Source: Ostrea edulis
Taxonomy: Eukaryota
Assembly (NCBI RefSeq): GCF_947568905.1
Contig: NC_079169.1
Span: forward strand, 5,890,001 to 5,954,000
Direction: 5' to 3'
DNA: 64,000 bases
In this document: positions 27,697 through 39,598 of the stretch, in pieces
Layout of the letters: each line of letters starts with the position of its first letter
Numbering within the stretch: position 1 is the first letter of the stretch
The notes under the pieces: generated by a model
The model's database searches: none
Told to the model about the DNA's origin: nothing
The model's input: the letters and a program-made list of their open reading frames with translations, nothing else
Translations under genes and position numbers: made by a program

Positions 27697-29045
27697 ACTT
27701 CGATTGATAAAACAATGCAAAAGTATCTAAAAATAGGACAAAAAAATGCACGGATTGAACGTTTGATGACCAACCAAAGTTAGTTGACAAAGCATGTCAC
27801 ATTATCCAAAATATATCAAAAGTATTACTCATGAATTGAAAAAATAAACCAACTGCGTGTCGTTGCATAAGAGTCGTGTTGTTTCATTAGAGATTTCAAA
27901 AATAGACTCCATCGGTGAGGTCTGGGTATTTTGATGATTTTGTTGAGAGGATTACCGTTAGGGGTCGCCTTTGCATGGGGTAGTATTTCTGCGGGTTCCG
28001 AGAAGTCCTCTGTATCAATTATGGCAGTTCCTGACACGCACCTAGCCGCGAATCAGGGGAGGCAACCGGCGATGAATGGATAAACATTCAAGACAAATAC
28101 CGCGTGGAATTAATAAGGGTTTTAATACCTGCTTAATATGCATGTAGTGTGGCTATTATTTTACGTTTAGAGCATGCAACATTCGCTCCAGGAGACTGTA
28201 TGGTCGCTATCAAACACGGTGGATGCGAACTAATGTAATAGCTGCCTTATTCATGTTGTACAAATATTGGCCATTGTGGTCGAAATACGAGAAGGTGTCT
28301 CATACTGCATTAACCCTTCCGACTTTCTCTTAGAATCATTTGTAGGAAACCATATTTGATCAGAAAATTGTGATTGATAATGATAGATACTCTAGTAGAA
28401 GCAAAGGAGATACAAAAAGGCCAAAAAATCAAATTACATGCATTTTGATTATTTTGATTGATTTGTGGATAATTTCAAACAATATAATGTTTCGCTGACA
28501 ATGACAAAAAAATATTTAAAGGGCCCCAGTATTCGAGACATCGCTGATTTCAAGGGTCGTGTACTAAGGCAACACTACATAATGTGTTACTCAATGAGTG
28601 TACATACACAATGCAGAGGTCCTTCTCTGTCAGTGCTGTCTGTGGTCCGAACTGTAATCGCTGATATTACACCGTTCTGATTCCTCTTGATCTAAAGCGT
28701 GTTTGAGCTCAAAACCGGAGCGTGGCGATTTATGATTGACAGGGGCTTGATCATAGAACATATCAAGCGGAACCAGAACAGTGGCACACCGAGACGGCTG
28801 CTGGCTTCCGAATGTGTATGTAGGAGACCCGGATTGACTTGCTGAAAATTACATCGCATGTGAGAATACTCATCTGCTTCAATTACTGTGCACTGGTAGT
28901 AGAGGAGAAAATTACCTCCAATGTCGATAATTGACTTAGAACAGTATGCTACGATGGTGGAAAAACGGGACTCAAAGAACTGAGATAAAGAATGTTAAAT
29001 TCCTTAGTGTTAGAATTTGACGTTTTTAATTTCTAATATCTAACC

Positions 29046-32000
29046 ATGATGTTCAGGGTGAAACTGATGACTTTCTGCTTTGTGATTCTGTCTGTGGATT
29101 ATTACGGGCATGGCTACAGTACTTACCCCCGGCGCTATAACAGGGACAGCGTGTGGGGTACCTGTCCCCAGCACTGCAGGTGTATGACCCTCAATAGCAG
29201 GGGAACCCGAGGACTTCTGGACACATGGGGAGAGGAGCAAGTGTCCGAAAAGACTTTGAAATATTTTTCCGGAGGCATCAACGATGAAGCTGCGAGAAGC
29301 GGTCGAAGCATGGTTTGCCAGGGTCTAAGAAAACTCCCAGACCCCATTCCCTCAGGTAAGACATCGACTGTAGGTACTTGTATATTTCACCCGATGTTGT
29401 ATTTCACCTGATACTCTATTTTAATATAGAATAGATTAATATCAGACAGAAAGTTAATCTGATACGAAAAGTGTGTGATACTGAGAAAATATATTGCATA
29501 TCATACTCTTCTGATTAATTACACAGGAATTATGGCAACCATTGGCACAAACTGCATCCCACAAAGCTTAAGAATATCTTGTCATAGAAATGTGTCTCTA
29601 CAATGTATACATACATGTACATCCACAGGAAAGGTTTCGCAATATTTTTGTAACGTTAGTCATAATCACCTTGTGTAGCCATTAACAGGAAATAGATAAT
29701 TAGAACAAAACATCTTTTTTTTTGTCCGCTTGGTACATAGAATTGTGAAACTCACATTTAAGATGATTCGTTAATCGATGTATATAATTAAAATTTACAT
29801 TCCGTGTAGATTTCATTGTTTTTTTTTAACTCAGTAAAAGATTCTCTCATGCCTTGTCGTGGTTCACTCCGTATTTTTATACATACATATAAAATTTGTT
29901 TAGTTAGGATTCATACTACACCTGATTAATTTTGGTAAACTAAACAGCACACTGACAATGACACTGTTGTCTGATTTATATGGCGACACTGGCGGACTGT
30001 GTTCGGTGTCGCACGTGACACGGATCAGACTCCCCAGCCCGTGGCTATATAGCTTACAGTGTAATAAATAAACACACACACACCATAACTGCGACCTATA
30101 CATTTACTATTATTCAATTAAAAGATCGTATCTATCCAGTCGTTAGAGGGACACTATTAGAGAAGATGGGAGAACTTTATACAATAACGACTGCTGATGG
30201 CAAGAGAGTATGTAAACAACGAGACAAATTATCATTGTATTCATTCACTCTAGAGTTAGAAATAAAACCACTGCTGCCTTCTTACACCCTCTATTGATAC
30301 TTGAACAATACGGTGAGGCCACTTTTTATCTATATGTAACAAATTTTTTAAAGAGTTCATAAAGTTACTTGTGTTATTCTAGACAGATAACTTGTCTTCG
30401 ATCTTCAAACAATATCTCTCTTCGATCTTCAGATACTTTAATTTTCCCCTTGAAGACCATTAAACATACGAGTTTTCGATCAGATCAGCTATTGCATGCT
30501 GTTAGTGGCACGTCAAAAGAGCAGGGTGCATGCTGGGATACCAACACTAAAACGATCATTGTACAGAAAGGGATAAAAAGAGATATCTGGAAAAAAATCT
30601 CTTAAAATGTTACTGACCAAATCCTTCATAGAAAAAATATACATGTTCCAAAAATTTTAATGAGATCCATCATTTGTTGTTTCTGAGCGGAAAACTGATG
30701 ACGGCTGTTTGTATGGTGATTGCATACCACTTATAAGGAAAGCGCTTTAGGGGGAAAAGCTTTTTACAATGCCACAATGCTGTAGGAGAGATGGTTATAT
30801 AGTATATAGGGTCATATTCAGCGTTTAGTTGGGGTTCAAGGAGGGATCTGTCAACTTAATTGGCGTGCGTATTCTTCCGGTGTGTCAAAAGACTCGTCGT
30901 CTCCTTCAACAAACTCTATTTTATTGAATTGTTTTCACTTCCATGTCAGTCAAGATGTTATCTCTGTCGTCTGAAGACATTTTCTCTTTGTGTAAGAAAA
31001 CAATAATGGTCACTTGAAACGGTACTCTGAAATCATTAAATCAAACTGATAAATTATAATCCACCAAATTTACCCCTTTCAAATAAATCTACCAGATTAC
31101 AATATGGATATGGGTATAGAATAGCTAGGTCTTATTGTTCTCAATACCTTAGAAAGCACCTTTGACTCTGTGAACTTTCACAAATGTAAGATAGAGAAAA
31201 AATATATACTACCTTCATGGTTTTGATACCTTGTTAAGAAAAGAAAACAGCGAAGTTTTATAATACCCTGCTATTGATGGTCAAGACATCTGTTTGCTTT
31301 CTCTATCGACAATTTTCTCCAAGATTAAATTATATTCAACATTTAAGTCTACAAGGGTATAAGTAATCGATCTCTTGACACAAGATCTTTCTTCAAACAA
31401 TAATAATCAGGATTGTTACTGGGAATTTTTCAAAGCAAGTCCTGGACTCGTGGTTTATGGGCAGTTTAAGTCCCATGATATAGTATATAATACGTGTAAC
31501 TGTATAAAAATATAATTCCCCTTCCAATGTGTATCCAACCAATACACTTCGTAACCATGCGAGTCCTAACTCTTGGGATGTTTGCAAAAATAAATATGTA
31601 TCAATGTAGAAAATTTGAAAGAAAATTCCTTATGAATTTGTTAATTATTCAAAATAAGCACATTTGATTAAAGAAATGGATAAAAGAGAGAAAAACTAGT
31701 GTTATTATTTCTGGTATTTGCGATTTCATACTCATTGAACATGTTGAAAGCATTAACTACAAAACAGAAGTTTGAATGGAACTAGAACCTGGTTTGAGTG
31801 AATGTTCAAATGAAAACATCGATCTTTCAAAGTTAGATTTTCACTAGAGTCAAAAGACTTCTTGATCTGTAAAATTGGTCAAAAGATAATATTCCGTGGG
31901 ACATTATTTTATTGGAACGGCACGGTAATGAAGTGGATTGGAAGTCTGTCTGAGCCGTGTGTGACGCTCTCTGGAGTTTATTAACGGTATTGGACTTGAC

Positions 32001-35000
32001 GCTTATCCCCATTACAAGAAAGAAAGACATTGATGGCAGTTTGATGCTTTATGTATGTGTAGACACACTGAAAATAAAATCTTAACTGTGGTATCCCTGT
32101 TTAGTCGTGGACGGTAAATTATCTGTAGTTACAATCATTAATACATCCAGGATACATGTAGATACTCCATACCTCATGATGTCGATATATAAATTATCTC
32201 GTATCTTGTTTCATAGCCAAGAACTGTCCGCAGAAAGTGTGCAAAAGTCTTCCACCGAAGCCTGTCAAATTTTCCTTGTGTGCTATTCACGTTTAGGCCA
32301 TTTTAAATTAATTTAGCTTCTCTTTAGACTTGGATTTATTTTATGAATGGAATAGCGGATAAAGTCGGAAGGGCTTTAAAAGTAAATCTTGATAACATTT
32401 GCGCTTATCATCACACTATTGACTTATGAATGACTTTGTCACATGCTTATTAATTTTGGCGTGAACATTTTGATGTATGTATGAAAAGCAGCGACCGCAG
32501 GAGGGCAGCACATAATACGCGCAGCGCCCCCTGTGTGGAACATCGGCCAGTGAATTAGCTTTTAAAATAGTACCAAGTTTTTCCCCGTGTGCACATCGTC
32601 TATTTGTCATTCAACAATTTAAAGTTCCGTTGTAATATAAAATATAGATAAAATTAGCCGATATACCTTTTAAACGAATACATGGCAACGCGCATATATT
32701 AATATGAAACGACACCGGACTGACTTACAATGTAGCCTTGCGCTGTGCGATTTCTTCCGGCAGATTGTATACAGATAATGTCAAAAGTGACCTAGGATTA
32801 TCCAAACCCGACCCCGGATAACCGCCCCAGCTGTCATATCGTAAGCTGCATGTCAATGGTTGGCAAACTACAGGCTTTTCAGAATATACACGCACTGTAA
32901 ATTTCTTATCTTTTTTTTATAACATTAAATATAATGTATTTGGTCCAGCTGAGCGACCTATTTTTAAAACCAGATCTTGTCGGCACTGTTCTGTAAATCA
33001 TTTCGTTTTACTTCACTAAAATCAATATTAAATCGATTTGCAAACTACCTTTTAAAAAACGTTCACACTTTCTCTCTTATCTGTTATTCGTCGAAAAAAA
33101 ATTCCTTCAACCATATTGCAAGAATATACGCAACATAGAATTAGAATAAAACGAATATAAATCTTTCCAAAAATCAGCATGATTTTTTTTCTGGTATGAT
33201 ATTGATGGAAAAAGTATTTCATCAAGATGATATAAGAGAGAGAAAAAAAATGAATGTACTTAGTTTCCCTGTATCTATTGGGGTCTTTGCACACCATGGT
33301 CGGTCTTGAGTTGCCTATCTCGTGGAATTACCAGTGGCGTATGATATATATGTTGTCAGGCTCTAGTTAAAACATACAGAGGAAATGAATGAGAGCAAGT
33401 GTATCAATGAAGGGCACACCTGCGATAGGAGAAATGACTTGTTCCCTATCACCTGCCAGCATTACACACATATATATGTATTTATAACATTCAAACATCT
33501 CGCTGAGTTACGGTATCGATAGGTATCTACAAAGTCGTTAACATAAAAGAGGTTTCGTGTCGAATCGACTTGCTCGAACTGTATACCTACTGAAACTAGA
33601 TAGGGATGTATCATTATCGATGAAAAATGTCAACTCCGCGTTTCACGCACCTGTTTACTGTCGATGGTTGCAATGCAGGGGGTCGCGTGAGCTGGGCTAG
33701 TTCAAGTACATCATAGTATTTCTATCCTCAAAATACCACAATAAAAACGTCGATAAAATACATGTATACTTCATCTACACAAATCACCGCTATAAAAGTA
33801 ATTAATCTTAATTCACGGTTTTTTATAAGCACTAATGATTTTTGAATTCAGAAATGAGAAACCCGCCATTAGTTAAGCCTAGCAGACAAGTTAAGAGACA
33901 CATTGTCAAACGTTATAATTATTTTAAAAGCTGCCATGAGATCTCTCAACAGATAAAATAACGTGAAAATCAGAGAATTTCTCCCATAAAACTACTACAA
34001 ATACTCGATCACACCTGAGTGATCGGAACAACACGGAATACGTTGATTATTTCACCTGATTAGGCACGGAATGACTAAGGTGACAGAACGAAATCCGAGT
34101 GTCCAAGCTATTCTTACAGACAGAAATTACACTAGGAGAGAAAGAAAACGTTGTCTGGTGTTTAAAATAAAGTAATCATGTGTAAACGTTTGACGTCTTG
34201 ACAACAAAACTGACAAAGAACATACAAAAGGAACGAGAAAAGGAATGCCTGACGGTTTCTCTATACTGTCATCTGCACTGTTGGGAAAACTTAAAACGGT
34301 CGCCATTTCTTCAGTCGAATCCTTGCGATTCCAAACTAGACAAAGAAGTGCAAGCGGGAATAAAATTAACAGGATCACAATTTATAAAATTACATCTAAA
34401 TGATAATCCTTTTTCTAAGATTTCATCAGAATACGAAACAATTCAGTTTTCAGAATTGTTTTTTCTTGTGTTAACGTTGAATGTTATAGATGTGTTTGCT
34501 GATAGTTTGCAGCTTTAAATATAATTTTATATTTTTAAAACTTAGCTTTAAGTACAAAAAAATTATATCAAAAATCGTCTAAAGCTCGATAGCTTGAAAA
34601 TGGGACCGCAATGTGATGTTTTATCTAACGAACACGTGGTTTTATGTGCTGTGTGTTACTGTAGATAGAAACAGATAAAGCACGGAAATCATTTCATCTC
34701 ATTCTAATAACAGCAGATTATGTTAATTAAAAATTCTCAAAGAAAATATCAAAAGATTTTCTAGTTCACTTAAATAACCTTCAATAAAATAAGCCAAATC
34801 CGTTGATTTCAAATACGATTTAAAACGATATCTTTTTTAATGACTAGAAATAATCCAAAATATAATTTTGAAATAGAAAAAAAATAGGGATCAATTTTTG
34901 ATATTTTCTGGCGAATCTCCCTTTTCGAAGAACAGAGTTTACTAGGAGATTGCAGATAGGAAATGAATTTAATGGTGAGCATGTTTTAATGTGAATCAGT

Positions 35001-38000
35001 GCAATTTACACCAGGGTCGTTGATGGTGGAGGTCTGACCCCACCCACCGCAGTGTTCAACGTTTCTTAGATACATGTCCGCCTCTTGTAAAGGTTTTCAT
35101 ACATAGTGATCTACCTCGAAATAATCAACACCAGATGCGATCTAAAATGGAGAAGATTCATTTTACGCCATTGCTTCGTTAGAATGTAGACCATCTGACA
35201 TATTAACGGCACAGTAGCGTAACTCAGCGAAATCGCAATAAACGCACTATTTAGTGTATTCACAAATTAGCGTGACCCTGCAATGACAGATAAATAGAGA
35301 ATTCCATGATTTAGATGAAATAATAAAGTAGTACTCTTCCGTCTTTGTCAAATTAAATTAAAAAACCCGCGAAATAAAGTACATATGTACCCATGTATGC
35401 AGGCAGAACCACGTGATCAAAACAATTATGACAAGATGGTTCAGATTTGTCGATTGAACAAGATACACTCTTACATACTAAGGAATACATTAACGACACC
35501 TGTGACCTTAAACTAATGGTCACGTACATTGTTAATCAATGGAAAAATCTCATAAATTGATAAGAAAATTGAAATGTACAGTGCGTTACAGTTCGTTGTA
35601 AAAGCGAGCAGGCAAGGCACATCAATTAACCTTGTAAACGAGTTAATGAATACAAACTGCAACTGTAAAATGCGATTCCATTATCTCATTAGCTGTGTGT
35701 TGGTAAGTTAGGGAGTTCACCTGCTCCGGAGCATACCGCCTTCTCGTAAACAGCGCCAGGGAGAATACAGGAAGAGGTTTTTACGAAGTTCAGAGTCTTA
35801 AAAACAAACACCAGATCAACAATGATAAAGGATCTGCATTTGGTGCATCGAACATAAAAAAAACCTCAAGACATAATAACAAAACATTAGGTCAATAAAA
35901 ACAGAAGATGACTGGTAACAAAAATACCTGCTGCCAAACTATAATAACACGTAATGAAATGGAATGAAAATATACGATGTACAGCATGGATTGTGACAGA
36001 ATACATTGAAAGCATTTCATCAAGTGTACATTGCTTAGTCCGTCAAAACCATTAACTGAAAATCACGAGAACAGCCATCTTTGACGGTACTGTCTTCAAA
36101 GAGCTCTCTTCATCACAAGAATTGCATTGGACATGTAATGGTTAAAACATATTCATTAACCTGTAGCAGATGTTTTAGGCAAAGATGTAGTCAAGGTTTT
36201 TAGAAAAACGTCTGCCAAGTCGGAATATGAAATACAATTTTTTCCACAATTTTTCATACGGAAATGAGGACAGTAACATTCTTTTACAGCATTGTTTTGT
36301 TCATCTATATTTAAAACACATACAACCGGTATCAGAGACTGCTTGCTATGCAGAATCCAGGATGACAGTATATAACTTGTTTTTTGTTTTATGGGGTTTT
36401 TGTTTTGGCTGATTTATTCCAAACAGCTGTGATAATTTACTACGGTTTTTTAATTTAATATTCATTCAATTGCATAATTCTCTTTAAACTGTAATCGTTT
36501 TCCCACAAACAATTATTTTCGCTATATTTTCAGATATTTCCAAATTGACAATATTCGGAGACAGTAGCGGGAGTGGACCAGGCGGAAGGACGGATATTAC
36601 AGTAGATACCCGGATCAAAACTTTAGAAAGACGTTCATTTCGCGGCAACATGCGTCTGAAGGAAATCTCCATGTCAGGCAATAACTTGGGTATTCTTTAT
36701 CCGTATGTCTTCTACCACCTCCGAGATCTAAAGATCCTTAATCTTCCAAACAACAATATACGCCATATGTCAGCGGCTGCGTTTCATGGGCTATTTAGCT
36801 TACATGAGTTGAATCTTTCTGACAACATGATACGATTCTTCCCGACGCCCCTGTTTAATTACCTCCGTGAATTGCGAAGCGTTAATTTGAATGGCAATAA
36901 AATCAGAGCGATACAGAGAAACATGTTTCGAGCGCTTGGAAAGCTGGAGAAACTCGATCTTTCACGAAATAATATCACCGATATGTATGACGACACGTTC
37001 TATCACAACACGGAACTGACCGAGTTGTACCTCAGTGGAAACAGACTTTGGAAGCTACGACCGGAATGGTTCCAAAAATTAAACAAATTGAAGAGTTTAT
37101 CCCTGAGGGGCAATATGATTAAAACCGTAGAGCCAAACTCGTTTAGTAATCTTTACAATCTGAAAGACTTGCTGTTATCTGCTAACATGCTTCAGACTCT
37201 GCAGGATGGAGCATTTAAAAACCTTAAACAACTGGACATTTTGGATGTGTCCACTAACGATCTGACAACCGTACCCACGTCCTGTTTTGAGGATCTTCAA
37301 TCTTTGAAGGAGCTATATCTTGGAAAAAACAAGCTGTCAATCATTCAGAATGGAACTTTTAACTTTGGCGGCAATTTGAACTTGCTCGATCTTTCAGGAA
37401 ACTTGATTGAAACAGTAGAGAGGGAAGCATTGTACCCTATCAACCAAGTCCACACCATAGATTTCTCAAGAAACAAGATTCGAATTATCACCAAGGACTT
37501 CATTAAGCGACTCAATAACCTACAAGATCTCAATTTAGCCGATAATTTTATTCAGGATATTGAGCAGGGTGCATTCAGTGGTGCTGTGAAACTAACTCAC
37601 TTAAACCTGAAGAACAACAAAATGAAAAGAATTGGTCAAAAAACATTTGAGTCATTGACCATATTAAAGTCTCTAGACTTAGGACAGAATACCATCAACA
37701 ATATTCATCCAAGTGGCTTAACAACGCTCAGAAACTTACGTTCGCTAAGTATTAGGGATAACAAAGTTTCGAAATTAGAGGCAAACTTGTTTTTGTCCTT
37801 GTATAAACTGCTAGAGTTGGACGTATCAAACAACAGACTTAAGGCACTGTCCAATCAGAGCTTTGTTGGTTTGCTGAACTTGGAGGATCTTGATTTGGAG
37901 GCCAACAATATCCACGACATCGCCCCTGAAACCTTCAGATCCTTGCCTAGGGTTGTAACTCTCGATCTTAAGGGAAATAAACTTATCAATTTCAATTTCT

Positions 38001-39598
38001 CTGTTATTTCCGAGTTACCCTACCTCTCGATGTTGGACCTAAGTGAGAATAACTTGTTTAATGTAGAGATCGGCGAAAATGTCAAGTTAAGACTCAGTGA
38101 ATTAAGCCTTTCAAAAAATAACATAAAAGAACTTTCCGAGAAAGTGAAGAGAATCATGTCCTCCTCCTCTGTGCTTTTGCTGGATGGCAACCCTTGGAAT
38201 TGTAATTGTAAGGTTAAATGGCTGAAAGACCCTATGTTGTCACGGCAGATCCGACTCCAATCAACCAATGATGTAATCTGCAAAGCACCGACAAAATTAC
38301 ACGGTAAAAAGGTACGTGATACGTCACACAAATTTCTAGTCTACCAAATGACATTCCAATGGTAGTTTGTTAACGCGAGAGGCATGTGTAAATCATACGC
38401 TACTGGTAACAGAATAATTGATGAATGTATGGGTCCATACCAAAATACTCCATATGCACAAGTCTTTAATCAGTTTCCTTGTAGCAATTTTACCAAACAA
38501 AATACACTAATAAGTGGGGTTTTTTTTCATTTAGTTGTTTGACCTATCGGACAAAGAATTAGCCTGTCAAACTACGAAGGACAGAAATTCAACAGCTATC
38601 CAGATGTGCGAAGGATCCAACTTTGTGAAAAAGCGTTGGTATTCTCCGAGGTAAGCTCGTACGCATGTGTGAACCCTCAAAACTTTGTAAATGAAAAACG
38701 AAAGAAAACATACATATATCATTATAATGCAAGTTGAACATTATACATAACGTTTTTAAAGACTCAAATACTGAAAAGGGTCATATCCCTCACGGTTACT
38801 TCCTGTGTTGTCAGTTATTCATGTCAGTCATCTAAATGCTCTCTCTTTTTACAATTCTTCAGATCCGTTCGAAAGGCCCTGCTGTCACGACACGCAACCA
38901 TTGTGGATGAAAACGAGGCTCTGGTGGTTAATGGAATTATGGTTTCTGAGGATTGGGTTCTTACATTAGGAAGTAGTACTAATGCAATCTTGCAGTCAAC
39001 GAATCCGAATAGTTTCCGAGTCAAAGTTGGGAGGACCAAAGGTTATCGATCTATAGTTCGTGTATTCAGACATCCGCTTATTCGGTATGGAACACAATAT
39101 AACGTGGCTCTCATAAGACTAAAATACAAGAAGAAGAACCCGGATCAATCATGCATCATCACAGAAAAACAGTACAAAATATTGACAAGTATATTCAAAC
39201 ACATTTCCATAACTACAAGAGTTAAAGGGAAAACAAAGTTCACAAAATTGAAGCCTCGACGAGGGCGCATCTCCAAATCTTGTTCTAAGAAGAATTTAAT
39301 ATGTGCTACAATCAAGAACCCAAAGAAAGGAATGATGTTGATGGATGGTTCCCCGATGTACTTGGGACACAATGGGGACTATAGACTAGCAGGCATTGGG
39401 ATGGACCTCCCTGCAAAGAAGGACCACAAGTACAATTTTATTCCTTTGTGGTCTGTCTCAGAGTGGATGCAAACTGTAATAGACGAATACAATACCAAGT
39501 GTCATCTGAACACTAAAGGAGTAGACGTGTGCGCAGACCTTGCTCTGCCTACGTTCAAAGACATGGCAGACAAACTTCGCAGGCCTGAGCACCACTAA
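29046..39598 (+). CDS. Secreted LRR protein (LRRNT, ~22 LRRs, LRRCT) fused to a C-terminal catalytically dead trypsin-like serine-protease-homology domain; 4 exons, 979 aa
   Basis: Exons 29046-29355, 36534-38311, 38535-38650, 38863-39598 with GT-AG borders and matching phases 1/0/2 (2940 nt). Signal peptide MMFRVKLMTFCFVILSVDYYGHG. LRRNT CPQHCRC...MVCQGLRKLPDPIP. 21 clean LxxLxLxxNxL repeats (mostly 24 aa) plus one interrupted repeat. LRRCT NPWNCNC...VICKAPTKLHGKK|LFDLSDKELAC is completed only by the exon 2/3 junction. Trypsin-fold motifs: MVSEDWVLTLGS, FRVKVG, VFRHP..YNVALIRL, SCIIT, LICA, MDGSPM..YRLAGI, VSEWMQTVI. Confidence 0.88.
30225..30330 (+). mobile_element. Possible old, highly diverged remnant of the same PLE RT family (intron 1 of the LRR gene)
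   Basis: GAGTTAGAAATAAAA-CCACTGCTGCCTTCTTA resembles the ELEIKDTT..SASFLD region of the 15.8 and 55.2 kb copies. Confidence 0.3.

Noticed and set aside
26752-27783. Short ORFs with YTPVVL / IELQVY repeats
   Set aside because: Readouts of the 18-bp satellite.
36545-38365. Stand-alone 606-aa LRR ORF or a Toll-like receptor call
   Set aside because: It lacks its own signal peptide, the LRRCT is only completed by splicing at 38311, and no TM or TIR follows.
38903-39598. Active serine protease
   Set aside because: His, Asp and Ser catalytic positions are all substituted and there is no IVGG activation terminus.
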